Below, piece by piece: positions 1 through 8,408 of a DNA stretch of 64,000 nucleotides. The notes under the pieces are model-generated. The model saw only the letters and a list, made by a program, of their open reading frames with translations, made no database searches and was not told the origin of the DNA. This DNA comes from Sphingobacterium wenxiniae. GTDB taxonomy: Bacteria; Bacteroidota; Bacteroidia; Sphingobacteriales; Sphingobacteriaceae. Every line of letters starts with the position of its first letter. Position 1 is the stretch's first letter. The position numbers and the translations under genes were made by a program. Location: contig JBEBRE010000004.1 of NCBI GenBank assembly GCA_040394995.1, positions 825 to 64,824 on the forward strand, given 5' to 3'.

Positions 1-2
1 CA

Positions 3-260
3 GCAACAGCATTATTATTTTCGTTGTATCTGCTCAAGCCTGCGCCGTTCTGTATCTTCGACGAAGTGGACGCGCCTTTGGACGACACCAACATTGATAA
101 ATTCAATAACATCATCCGCGATTTCTCCAAAAATTCACAGTTCATTATCGTATCACACAATAAACGCACCATTGCCAGTACAGATATCATCTACGGCGTG
201 ACGATGGTCGAACAAGGAGTGTCGCGCGTGGTGCCAGTAGATTTGAGGGATGTGGCGTAA
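3..260 (+). CDS. smc: Chromosome segregation protein SMC, C-terminal fragment (gene starts before the window)
   Basis: ATALLFSLYLLKPAPFCIFDEVDAPLDD (Walker B/D-loop) and QFIIVSHNKRT (H-loop) are SMC C-terminal head motifs; frame is open from the window start. Confidence 0.95.
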   Translation, partial: ATALLFSLYLLKPAPFCIFDEVDAPLDDTNIDKFNNIIRDFSKNSQFIIVSHNKRTIASTDIIYGVTMVEQGVSRVVPVDLRDVA

Positions 261-266
261 AAAATT

Positions 267-296
267 ATTTGAAATCAATCTAAATAGCTATCTTTG
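267..296 (+). promoter_or_regulatory. Fur-box-like palindrome overlapping a Bacteroidota sigma70 promoter
   Basis: ATTTGAAATCAATCTAAAT (267-285) matches ATTTAGAATTATTCTAAAT at 15/19; -7 element TATCTTTG at 289-296, TTTG at 268-271. Confidence 0.6.
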
Positions 297-304
297 TATC
301 CGAA

Positions 305-472
305 ATGGAATGGATAGCAAACGATCTGGATACCAATACAAAAAACAACCCTTTTTTGGATGAAATCCGAAAAGGGTTTCAATGCCATACAGATTTGGAT
401 TGCTGTATTTTTAAAAAATGTTGCAAAAAGTACAAGCAAGGAAAGCGTTGCAAAAAATGTCCTAAGCGCTAA
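305..472 (+). CDS. 55-aa Cys/Lys-rich small protein with CC-x8-C-x2-CP motif (not in ORF track)
   Basis: Manual translation MEWIANDLDTNTKNNPFLDEIRKGFQCHTDLDCCIFKKCCKKYKQGKRCKKCPKR; ATG 8 nt after a consensus -7 element; 7 Cys. Confidence 0.75.
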   Translation: MEWIANDLDTNTKNNPFLDEIRKGFQCHTDLDCCIFKKCCKKYKQGKRCKKCPKR

Positions 473-591
473 CGGTACCCTTAAATTGTCCATTCCGCTA
501 CCCCGGTTCACCTCTTCACAAAACAGAATGCTTTACTGATCCATGAGAACCACGAACAAGGTATCAAAAAACACTAAGCATTGGCGTTTCC

Positions 592-1815
592 TCACTCTTC
601 CACATAATTTAAGTCCTTATTAAAGCTTTCTTTGAGTCGTGTCAATGCAAAAATGGCAATCAATGACAGTAACACCGTTACGATCATGGCCGCGTGTATG
701 ATGCCAAATTTGGTGACAAGGAAACCATAAAGCATCGTAGAAGGAATTAAAGCTCCTCTGACGAAATTGGGAGCTGTTGTAGCAACAGTTGCCCTTAAGT
801 TAGTTCCGAACTGTTCTGCTGCAATGGTTACAAAAGTAGCCCAGTACCCCACTCCCAGCCCCATCAGAAAAGCCAGCAGCATAAATCGGCTTTCGGAAAT
901 ACCCGTGCTGGACAGATAGCCTATCGAAAAGAGCAAAATCATCACTTGGCAAATAAACACTACTTTTTTTCTCGATTTCAACCATTGAGCCAATATTCCA
1001 GCCATAAAATCGCCCAAGGAAATACCCAAATAGGTAAACATTACACCCTTCCCTGCACTTAAAGGTGTTGTGGCCTGCAATGCTTTACCGATTTCCGGAG
1101 CCTGTGTTACCAAGACCCCCACAACAAACCAAATAGGCAGACCGATGCACAGGCAATAGACATACCGCAAGAATCGTTCTTTGCTATTGAACAACATCCT
1201 CAGGTTGCCTTTTGCAACTTGTTTTGCCTGCTGTTGCTGAAACAAACCTGATTCAAAAGTACCTATGCGCAACAATAGCAATAACAGCCCCATTCCTCCT
1301 CCGACGAAATAAGCTGTGCGCCAATCAAACCATTCCGAAATATAATAGGCCAATATAGCTCCTAAAACACCTACTCCGGCAACAATCATCGTGCCATACC
1401 CCCGTTTTTCTTTATGCATCGTTTCGCTCACCAAGGTGATGCCTGCTCCCAGCTCTCCTGCCAAACCAATTCCGGCCACAAAGCGTATGAGCCCGTACGT
1501 CGTCACATCCTGTACAAATCCATTGTAGATGTTTGCCAACGAATACAGCAATATAGAACCAAACAGCACTTTCAGACGTCCGAATTTATCGGCAATGACA
1601 CCCCACAGCACGCCGCCCAGCAACAGGCCGGCCATCTGCATGTTCAGCACAAACTCGCCTTTTGTGCGCATCTGCTCTTCGGGGATGCCGATATCCTGAA
1701 AAGATGCCACGCGCACAATGGAAAAGATAATCAAGTCGTAAATGTCGACGAAATAGCCCAATGAAGCTACAAGTACCAATATCCAGGCACGTTTAGATTG
1801 ATGGTTGTGATCCAT
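592..1815 (-). CDS. MFS transporter
   Basis: About 12 hydrophobic segments, motif A GVIADKFGR; ATG at 1815 preferred to the TTG at 1836. Confidence 0.9.
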   Translation of the reverse strand: MDHNHQSKRAWILVLVASLGYFVDIYDLIIFSIVRVASFQDIGIPEEQMRTKGEFVLNMQMAGLLLGGVLWGVIADKFGRLKVLFGSILLYSLANIYNGFVQDVTTYGLIRFVAGIGLAGELGAGITLVSETMHKEKRGYGTMIVAGVGVLGAILAYYISEWFDWRTAYFVGGGMGLLLLLLRIGTFESGLFQQQQAKQVAKGNLRMLFNSKERFLRYVYCLCIGLPIWFVVGVLVTQAPEIGKALQATTPLSAGKGVMFTYLGISLGDFMAGILAQWLKSRKKVVFICQVMILLFSIGYLSSTGISESRFMLLAFLMGLGVGYWATFVTIAAEQFGTNLRATVATTAPNFVRGALIPSTMLYGFLVTKFGIIHAAMIVTVLLSLIAIFALTRLKESFNKDLNYVEE

Positions 1816-1916
1816 AGTATATAATTGACGTGCCAATTTACAATCTTTTCATTTTATTACACGAATAAAACAATATGATTTCTGCAAAACCTCAAGTATA
1901 GTTGTATTTTTGTGTC

Positions 1917-2432
1917 ATGAGATTATCTCCACAAACATTGAAATGGGTTTTGAGGTTCTATCCTCCCTTCTTTTTTCAACGTATATGGGTAAAGAAAATC
2001 CATGCCGACTTTAAGCAGATCGACATCAGGATCCCTAAGAGTTGGCTCAACACGAACAGCAATAAAAGCATTTTCGGAGGGACGATGTTTACTGCCGTAG
2101 ACCCTATCCATACCCTACTGTTAGGACAGATATTCTATCGCAGGGGCGTAACAAAAATGGTCACTTGGTTAAAAACAGCTAAAATAGATTATATCAAACC
2201 CGCTAGAAAAAACCTGCAATTTTCTATAAAAATTACGGATGAACAAATAAGCTATGCTTTAGAACAAGTGAAACAACACGGCAAGGTGGTCCAGACGTTC
2301 GATATCGAGATTTTTGACAAAGATGGGCTATGTTGCGCCCGTTCGCAAAATGAAATCTATATCCGGGATTTGACTTTCAATTTCAATAATATACAAGCAG
2401 AACAGTATCACATCATAAAATCCAAAGCATGA
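1917..2432 (+). CDS. Hotdog-fold thioesterase-like protein (DUF4442/YiiD-like)
   Basis: RFYPPF, N..IFGGTMF.AVDP, WLKTAKIDYIKP motifs; ATG just downstream of TATTTTTG. Confidence 0.8.
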   Translation: MRLSPQTLKWVLRFYPPFFFQRIWVKKIHADFKQIDIRIPKSWLNTNSNKSIFGGTMFTAVDPIHTLLLGQIFYRRGVTKMVTWLKTAKIDYIKPARKNLQFSIKITDEQISYALEQVKQHGKVVQTFDIEIFDKDGLCCARSQNEIYIRDLTFNFNNIQAEQYHIIKSKA

Positions 2433-2860
2433 AGAACTTCTTATTATTTGCAGGTGTCAGCATCAGCACAATGGTGGCCTGCCAAAACAACACAGATCCA
2501 AACAATGATCCTGTGGCGCTCTCGAAAAAAGCTATTGAAGTCCATGATCTCATTATGCCCCAAATCTCGGTTTTTAACAAGCAAAGCCTTGTGATTGACT
2601 CGGTATTAGCCAACCTAACTGCTATAAAATCTGCTCAGGCAGATTTAGACACGACAAGTACCCGTCAGGAACTTACGACTCTAAAAGCTGACTTGGAAAG
2701 CGCTACAGACAAAATGATGCTGTGGATGCGGGAATATACACCCGACAGTATAAGTGTAGATTATCAAAAAGCAGAAATACAACGCATTGATGATCTGAGA
2801 TCGGAATTTGAAAAAGTCACCACTGAAGCAAATAAACGATTAGCTCCTTTCCAACGATAA
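2429..2860 (+). CDS. Helical lipoprotein with His/Met motifs, unknown function
   Basis: Lipobox MVAC; HDLIMP and KMMLWM motifs; ATGA overlap with upstream gene. Confidence 0.8.
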   Translation: MKNFLLFAGVSISTMVACQNNTDPNNDPVALSKKAIEVHDLIMPQISVFNKQSLVIDSVLANLTAIKSAQADLDTTSTRQELTTLKADLESATDKMMLWMREYTPDSISVDYQKAEIQRIDDLRSEFEKVTTEANKRLAPFQR

Positions 2861-2862
2861 AT

Positions 2863-3513
2863 ATGAACAGGAAAACAACGATACCATCTCTTCTGGCATT
2901 AGCTTATCTCTGCTTATTGGTGGCTTGCTCTCCTTCCGAAAAAGGAAAAAAACTTCCCTATATCGGCAACCATGCCACGGCTGAAAAAACGGTGGACGGC
3001 AAAACAGTCGTGGATACGATTTATCACCAAATTCCCGATTTTAGCTTTTTAAACCAAGACAGCACGATCATCACCAACAGCGCCTTCAACAACAAAGTAT
3101 ACGTGGCCAATTTCTTTTTTACACATTGCCCAAGTATTTGTCCAACGATGCAACGCAATCTTTTAAAGGTATACGAAAAATACAAAGGAGACCAACACGT
3201 GGCCTTTCTGTCGCATAGTATAGACTTTAAATATGACTCGCCGAGTGTATTGAAATCCTATGCCGAAAAGTTAGGCGTGACAAACGACCAATGGCAGTTT
3301 GTTACCGGGAGTAAAAAGGATATTTATAGCATTTCTGAACAATACCTGGTCTTTACAAAAGAGGATGATGCGGCACCCGGAGGATATGACCATCAAAGCT
3401 ATCTCGTATTGGTAGATAAGGATCGACATATCCGTGGCGCTTATGATGGAACGAGTGATGAACAAGTGGCACAGCTTTTTACAGATTTAGCTATTCTTTT
3501 GCAAGAAAAATAA
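2863..3513 (+). CDS. SCO1/SenC family copper chaperone lipoprotein
   Basis: FFFTHCPSICP (CxxxC), distal His (YDHQ), lipobox LVAC. Confidence 0.93.
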   Translation: MNRKTTIPSLLALAYLCLLVACSPSEKGKKLPYIGNHATAEKTVDGKTVVDTIYHQIPDFSFLNQDSTIITNSAFNNKVYVANFFFTHCPSICPTMQRNLLKVYEKYKGDQHVAFLSHSIDFKYDSPSVLKSYAEKLGVTNDQWQFVTGSKKDIYSISEQYLVFTKEDDAAPGGYDHQSYLVLVDKDRHIRGAYDGTSDEQVAQLFTDLAILLQEK

Positions 3514-3529
3514 TGTCGTTTCAGTTGCC

Positions 3530-3958
3530 ATGAACCGTATATACGTCTTGATGAGCATCAGTCTATTGGTAAGCCTGCTGTTGTTGGTTTTCTCTTGTCA
3601 GTCCAAGATCAGCATTGAAACAGCACAATATGCCGTCAACGGACAAAGGCTCTACGTCACACATTGCCAAAACTGCCATGGTGCCAAAGGAGAAGGATTG
3701 GGAAAGCTCTATCCGCCTCTTACCGATTCTTTGTACCTTAACAAACACCGCGATCAATTAGCCTGTATTGTCAAAAAAGGGATTTCAGGTCCGATTGAGA
3801 TTGCCGGCGAAACCTATGATGGGCAAATGCCGGGCATTCCCGAACTGACTGACATAGATATTGCCTATATTCTGACCTACATCACGACAACCTTTGGCAA
3901 TAGCAACTGCACCTACACACAAGAGGAAGTTAAAAACAGTTTGAAAAAATGTTTTTAA
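3530..3958 (+). CDS. Monoheme cytochrome c lipoprotein
   Basis: CQNCH heme motif, YPPL, QMPG axial Met; lipobox FSC. Confidence 0.92.
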   Translation: MNRIYVLMSISLLVSLLLLVFSCQSKISIETAQYAVNGQRLYVTHCQNCHGAKGEGLGKLYPPLTDSLYLNKHRDQLACIVKKGISGPIEIAGETYDGQMPGIPELTDIDIAYILTYITTTFGNSNCTYTQEEVKNSLKKCF

Positions 3959-3960
3959 AC

Positions 3961-3996
3961 AAAAAAAGGTTTCCAAACGGGGAGAATGGAAACCTT
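3961..3996 (-). terminator. Intrinsic terminator
   Basis: Minus strand AAGGTTTCCA-loop-TGGAAACCTT followed by a T run. Confidence 0.8.
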
Positions 3997-4028
3997 CAAC
4001 TAACCAATTATAAACCTAAATTATGATA
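3961..4028 (-). ncRNA. Candidate small RNA (~65 nt)
   Basis: Promoter TTTG(4063-4060)-N20-TACCTTTG(4039-4032) followed within ~70 nt by a terminator, no ORF between. Confidence 0.6.
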
Positions 4029-4156
4029 GCACAAAGGTAAAACCTTTTAGCCAACTATCCAAATAAAAAAAGACCCTTATGTAAAAGTTAACACAAATTT
4101 TACACAAGCCCCTCTTTAATTTATCGATATGCCGATTAAGCCTATCTATTTTTCAG

Positions 4157-4798
4157 CTATTCAAATGTGATTTCTCCGAAGTATTCCGGCAGATGAAAAT
4201 TTGGCGCTGGGTGGTCTATCCTATTCCATGATAGAAAATGGGGAGTCGGCAATCCATCACCACATTTATAAAAATTAGCGAAAGCTTTCATACCGGACAA
4301 CGAAGCAGGTTGCTGTGTTCCAAAAACTTGTGTAGGAATGGCCAAAATAATATTCCATGTTTTCTTCCCGTTAATATTGACCACCGAAGTTACTGTGCAC
4401 ACTTTCTCAATATCTGCTGCAGAAAGTCTGTTTCTTGTATTTTTATCTGATGTGCCATATCCGATTAAACCTGTACCCAATACGTTGAATTCTAAGTTAT
4501 AGTAAGTTTTCCGTCCGTCAAACGAGATAAAAAACTCCACGCAACTGTCTTCCCAAACAGATTCATTAGGCCTGATATACGCGGCCTTTACAAAGTCTTC
4601 TTCTACGTGATAGTGCAGAAAAATCGTATGGTTTTGATGGGCTATCTGAAAGCTAACCGAAGGCTTATAGGGATATGTATCCGCCCAATTCACATGGGAA
4701 ATAGCATGCCAATCCAACCTCTCCATTTGTTTTTGAACAGCATAATAATTAAAATCAGCTGTTTCAATTTCAATTTGGGGAACGTTTAAATGGCTCAT
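4157..4798 (-). CDS. Carbohydrate-binding family 9-like protein
   Basis: VWEDSCVEFF, YYNLEFN, ANFYKCGD, PNFHLPEYFG motifs. Confidence 0.85.
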   Translation of the reverse strand: MSHLNVPQIEIETADFNYYAVQKQMERLDWHAISHVNWADTYPYKPSVSFQIAHQNHTIFLHYHVEEDFVKAAYIRPNESVWEDSCVEFFISFDGRKTYYNLEFNVLGTGLIGYGTSDKNTRNRLSAADIEKVCTVTSVVNINGKKTWNIILAIPTQVFGTQQPASLSGMKAFANFYKCGDGLPTPHFLSWNRIDHPAPNFHLPEYFGEITFE

Positions 4799-4808
4799 GA
4801 TAGCAGTT

Positions 4809-5921
4809 TTAGATATTTACACTTTGTTGCAAAATATTGGCCAACTCTTCTTCGTGTTGCTCCAATTCTTTTACTAATTTAAGTTGTGCTTTGGTTCTCA
4901 CCAAATTGTGTTCGGGATAATACGTTTTATAATAGGTATCTCCGTCCAAATAGTCTGTCAAGAACCGTACGGCTTGCATGTAGGGCAATAAAAATACCCC
5001 ATAGAGCAAAGATTCTACTTCGGCTTCTGTTAAAAACTCCTTTGCTTCGCTCATATACCCTTTTGCATAGGCTTTGAAAAGCGATATGTTCAACACAATT
5101 TTTGACGTATCAGCTTCGTCTTCTGCCGCCGAATTGATGATTGTCCGGATAGCATCGCCAAAATCATAAGCCACATATCCAGGCATCACGGTATCTAAAT
5201 CGATCACACACTGCACATTGTCGTCTTGATCCAGCAAAACATTGTTAAATTTAGTATCGTTATGGGTAATGCGCAATGGTAACTCCCCTCTTGAACCCAT
5301 ATTTAAAACCATGCGCATCTTATCTTTCCGTTCAAAAATATAATCTAAAATATGCTGCACTTCCTTAACTCGACCCACTGTGTCATTCCCAATGGCCTTT
5401 TTAAGGTTATTGATTCGAAAATCAATATTATGGAAATTAGGTAGTATCTCCACCAACTTATTCGCATCCAAGTCAGATAACTGCTTTTGAAATTCGCCAA
5501 AAGCCTGTCCGCCGGAATAAGCTTGGGCCGGTGTCCTGACAATGTCGTAACTCTTGGTTCCTTGAATAAGGATGAACATACGCCAATAGTTGCCTTCCTC
5601 ATCCCTATGGTACAATTGTCCATCTTTGGTGGGTATAAGCGTTAACGTAGCTTTTTCAACGCGCTCTTCTCCTAAATAAGCCAGTTTGGATTTCAGATGA
5701 TCCAAGACAATTTTCGTGTTCCGCATAAGCCCGTCCACATTCGCAAAAATGTGGTGGTTAATGCGTTGCAATAAATAGCTTTTCTTATCTGGATGATCTG
5801 TTTTTACACTAAAGGTATCATTTATATGGCCCGAGCCAAATCGCTCGATATGTTGGATGTTCCCTTTTATTTCAAAATGATTAGCAGGTTGCAATGCCGT
5901 GTTACTTTTATAATCAATCAT
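4809..5921 (-). CDS. APH-fold sugar kinase (N-acetylhexosamine 1-kinase-like)
   Basis: GSGHINDT, RITHNDTKFNN, VIDLDTVMPG, YDFGD, RFLTDYL motifs. Confidence 0.85.
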   Translation of the reverse strand: MIDYKSNTALQPANHFEIKGNIQHIERFGSGHINDTFSVKTDHPDKKSYLLQRINHHIFANVDGLMRNTKIVLDHLKSKLAYLGEERVEKATLTLIPTKDGQLYHRDEEGNYWRMFILIQGTKSYDIVRTPAQAYSGGQAFGEFQKQLSDLDANKLVEILPNFHNIDFRINNLKKAIGNDTVGRVKEVQHILDYIFERKDKMRMVLNMGSRGELPLRITHNDTKFNNVLLDQDDNVQCVIDLDTVMPGYVAYDFGDAIRTIINSAAEDEADTSKIVLNISLFKAYAKGYMSEAKEFLTEAEVESLLYGVFLLPYMQAVRFLTDYLDGDTYYKTYYPEHNLVRTKAQLKLVKELEQHEEELANILQQSVNI

Positions 5922-6006
5922 CAAATATTTTCACATTTTGACATGTCTCATGTCTATTTCAATGCAATATCCATAAATAATATGGAAAACGAAAACTGTA
6001 AATAAA

Positions 6007-6020
6007 CTCAAACGATTGCA
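6007..6020. promoter_or_regulatory. LacI-family operator-like site
   Basis: CTCAAACGATTGCA fits the AAnCGnTTnCA core; lies upstream of the sugar kinase. Confidence 0.4.
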
Positions 6021-6167
6021 CGATTTTCAATGTAGATATGTAAAACCAGCAACTTCTAAAATAAAGCAGGTTGCCTAGCCCTATTTGCATAATGGTGAAG
6101 CAAAAACACAGGTATTTGTATTATACATCAAAAAGAATTTGTATTTTAGGAACATAAAATCTAAGGC

Positions 6168-7493
6168 ATGCTCACGGAGATATTTATTATTCTTGCATTG
6201 ATCATTTTAAATGGTATTCTTTCCGCTTCCGAAATCTCCATCGTATCCAGTCGAAAAGCAAGGCTTCAAGCTGCGGCGGAAAAGAATAACATTGCCGCGA
6301 AAACGGCACTAAAACTTAAAGATAACCCAAACCAATTTCTTTCCACCGTACAAATCGGCATCACGTTAATTGGTATCCTGACCGGTTTTTTCAGCGGTGG
6401 CACCATTTCCATCTTTTTAGCTGAGATACTGAAGAATATGCCTTTTATAGCACCCTATAGCCAACAGATTTCTATTATTTTAGTGGTGCTTCTCATTACT
6501 TATCTTTCTCTGGTCATCGGAGAGCTGGTACCCAAGCGAATAGGAATGGCGATTCCTGAAAAATACGCGATGCTGATTGCGCCATTCATGCAGCTATTAA
6601 GTAAAATCGTGAAGCCGTTTGTTTGGTTATTGAGTGTCTCTACGGAGGCCATCGTGCGGTTATTGAACATTAAAGTATCCAAAAACACGGTCACCGAAGA
6701 GGAAATTAAAGCATTGGTGGACGAGGGGGTAGACAGTGGTGTAATTGACCATTTTGAACATGATTTCGTGGATCGTTTACTGGTTTTAGGGGACAAACGA
6801 GCCATCAACTTAATGGTTCACCGTTCAGAGATAGACTGTCTGGATCTCCAAAATACGTTTGAGGAGAACAAGATGATTTTATTGGAATCTGAACATACAG
6901 AATTCCCAGTGGTGGACGGCAGTTTTGACCAGGTGAAAGGCGTTATCCATGTAAAATCCTTTTTGAAAAAATTTATGGACAATAAGCCGATTCATTTGGA
7001 GGAATTGATCCAGCCTATCCCCTTTGTCAATGAGCACAGCTACGCATACAATATTCTAGAATTATTCAAGCATGCCAAGGCACAATTGGCCGTGGTCATT
7101 GACGAATATGGTATACCACAGGGCATTGTATCTTCGAAAGATATCGTCAGGACATTGTTCGGAAACGGAGAATTAGATACAGAGGGCGAGGAGTCTCAAA
7201 TTCGTAAAAGGGAAGATGGTACTTTTACCGTAGACGGCATCATGCAGCTTACCGATTTTATGGAGCATTTTCATATTTACCTTTCCGAAGAAGAAGAGGA
7301 AGAAATAGGCCATATCACGACGCTGGGTGGATTGATATTCTTAATGCTTGACCATGTTCCTGCAGAAGGAGAATCCATTTATTTCAAAAATTACAAACTC
7401 GAAGTCATCGATATGGATGGACACCGCATTGACAAGGTACTCATCACGAGAATGGATACGCAGCAAGACGCTGTATCTGAAAACGAGGATTAG
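6168..7493 (+). CDS. CNNM/CBS/CorC (hemolysin-family) Mg2+/Co2+ export-related membrane protein
   Basis: FLSTVQIGIT, GELVPKRI, CBS pair with VIDEYG, C-terminal CorC domain. Confidence 0.92.
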   Translation: MLTEIFIILALIILNGILSASEISIVSSRKARLQAAAEKNNIAAKTALKLKDNPNQFLSTVQIGITLIGILTGFFSGGTISIFLAEILKNMPFIAPYSQQISIILVVLLITYLSLVIGELVPKRIGMAIPEKYAMLIAPFMQLLSKIVKPFVWLLSVSTEAIVRLLNIKVSKNTVTEEEIKALVDEGVDSGVIDHFEHDFVDRLLVLGDKRAINLMVHRSEIDCLDLQNTFEENKMILLESEHTEFPVVDGSFDQVKGVIHVKSFLKKFMDNKPIHLEELIQPIPFVNEHSYAYNILELFKHAKAQLAVVIDEYGIPQGIVSSKDIVRTLFGNGELDTEGEESQIRKREDGTFTVDGIMQLTDFMEHFHIYLSEEEEEEIGHITTLGGLIFLMLDHVPAEGESIYFKNYKLEVIDMDGHRIDKVLITRMDTQQDAVSENED

Positions 7494-7494
7494 T

Positions 7495-8346
7495 CTAATA
7501 AGGAATCGCCAGCCGTTCAAGCGCTTCCACATTCCCCTTAAACATATTCAAATCTACCGGACCTTTAATTCCGCGGACAAAACCTCTCTCGGAAAACTGC
7601 CAAAAATCCCAATGCTTTTTAGGTTTCTCAACCCAAAAATTGTAATTAGCGATCCACAGGACATATTCTGAGAATTCCTTTTCAAGAAAATCTGTAAAAT
7701 AGCTGTCGCCTGAATATATTATGGGAGCTATTCCATAATGTCTTTCCACCTCGACCAGCCATCTTTTTAACCCGATTTTCAAGGAGTCCATGGGTTGCTT
7801 TCTCGGTCGTTCCTCAATATCCAATACGGGAGGCAAGTCTCCTGGTTTCAATTTCACCGTGCGGATAAAATTACGGGCCTGCTTGATCGAATTCTCGTTT
7901 GGACGGAAATAGTGGTAAGCTCCACGAAGCTTTGCGCGGCTTTCTGCTGCTTTCCAATTTTCTGAAAATCGCTTGTCAGTTGCCTGCTCTCCCATAGTTG
8001 CCCGGATAAAAACAAAATCCAACGGAAATCTGTCATGAATCGTGTTCATCTCTATCCAGTTTACCCGACCTTGATATTGGGAGATGTCAATGCCATATAC
8101 ATAATCATCATGCTTCTCCATCAAGGCGATATTCCTCTGTTCATGTTCGTTCGCTGAATGGTTTTCATTTACATCTTTACGGTGAAGCCAATTCTTCAAC
8201 GTAAAAGAAAGGTCTGTTTTATAATAGATAATAGCTAAACACGCCAGCAAAGCCAATGGAACAGCCACACTCCAAATCAAATACTTCCTACGGTCTGCAT
8301 CATTGACCTTTGCACTCCTGTTGACAGGTTTCCTATATTTTGCCAT
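7495..8346 (-). CDS. GH25 muramidase with N-terminal membrane anchor
   Basis: GIDISQYQG, GAYHYF, PPVLDIE (DxE), WQFSE, VDLN. Confidence 0.93.
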   Translation of the reverse strand: MAKYRKPVNRSAKVNDADRRKYLIWSVAVPLALLACLAIIYYKTDLSFTLKNWLHRKDVNENHSANEHEQRNIALMEKHDDYVYGIDISQYQGRVNWIEMNTIHDRFPLDFVFIRATMGEQATDKRFSENWKAAESRAKLRGAYHYFRPNENSIKQARNFIRTVKLKPGDLPPVLDIEERPRKQPMDSLKIGLKRWLVEVERHYGIAPIIYSGDSYFTDFLEKEFSEYVLWIANYNFWVEKPKKHWDFWQFSERGFVRGIKGPVDLNMFKGNVEALERLAIPY

Positions 8347-8408
8347 ATCGCGGTGAAAATACTGGATTTATTTAGGATTGGCAACTGCAAAAATACGATT
8401 GTGGACAA

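Noticed and set aside
275-511. 78-aa minus-strand ORF from the track
   Set aside because: Antisense shadow of the plus-strand Cys-rich ORF, which has a promoter and a recognisable motif
4809-5921. Aminoglycoside resistance gene
   Set aside because: APH fold, but motifs and context indicate a sugar kinase
6168-8346. Hemolysin plus lysin as a toxin or prophage module
   Set aside because: CorC-type transporter and membrane-anchored GH25 are housekeeping-type genes; no holin, integrase or phage genes nearby
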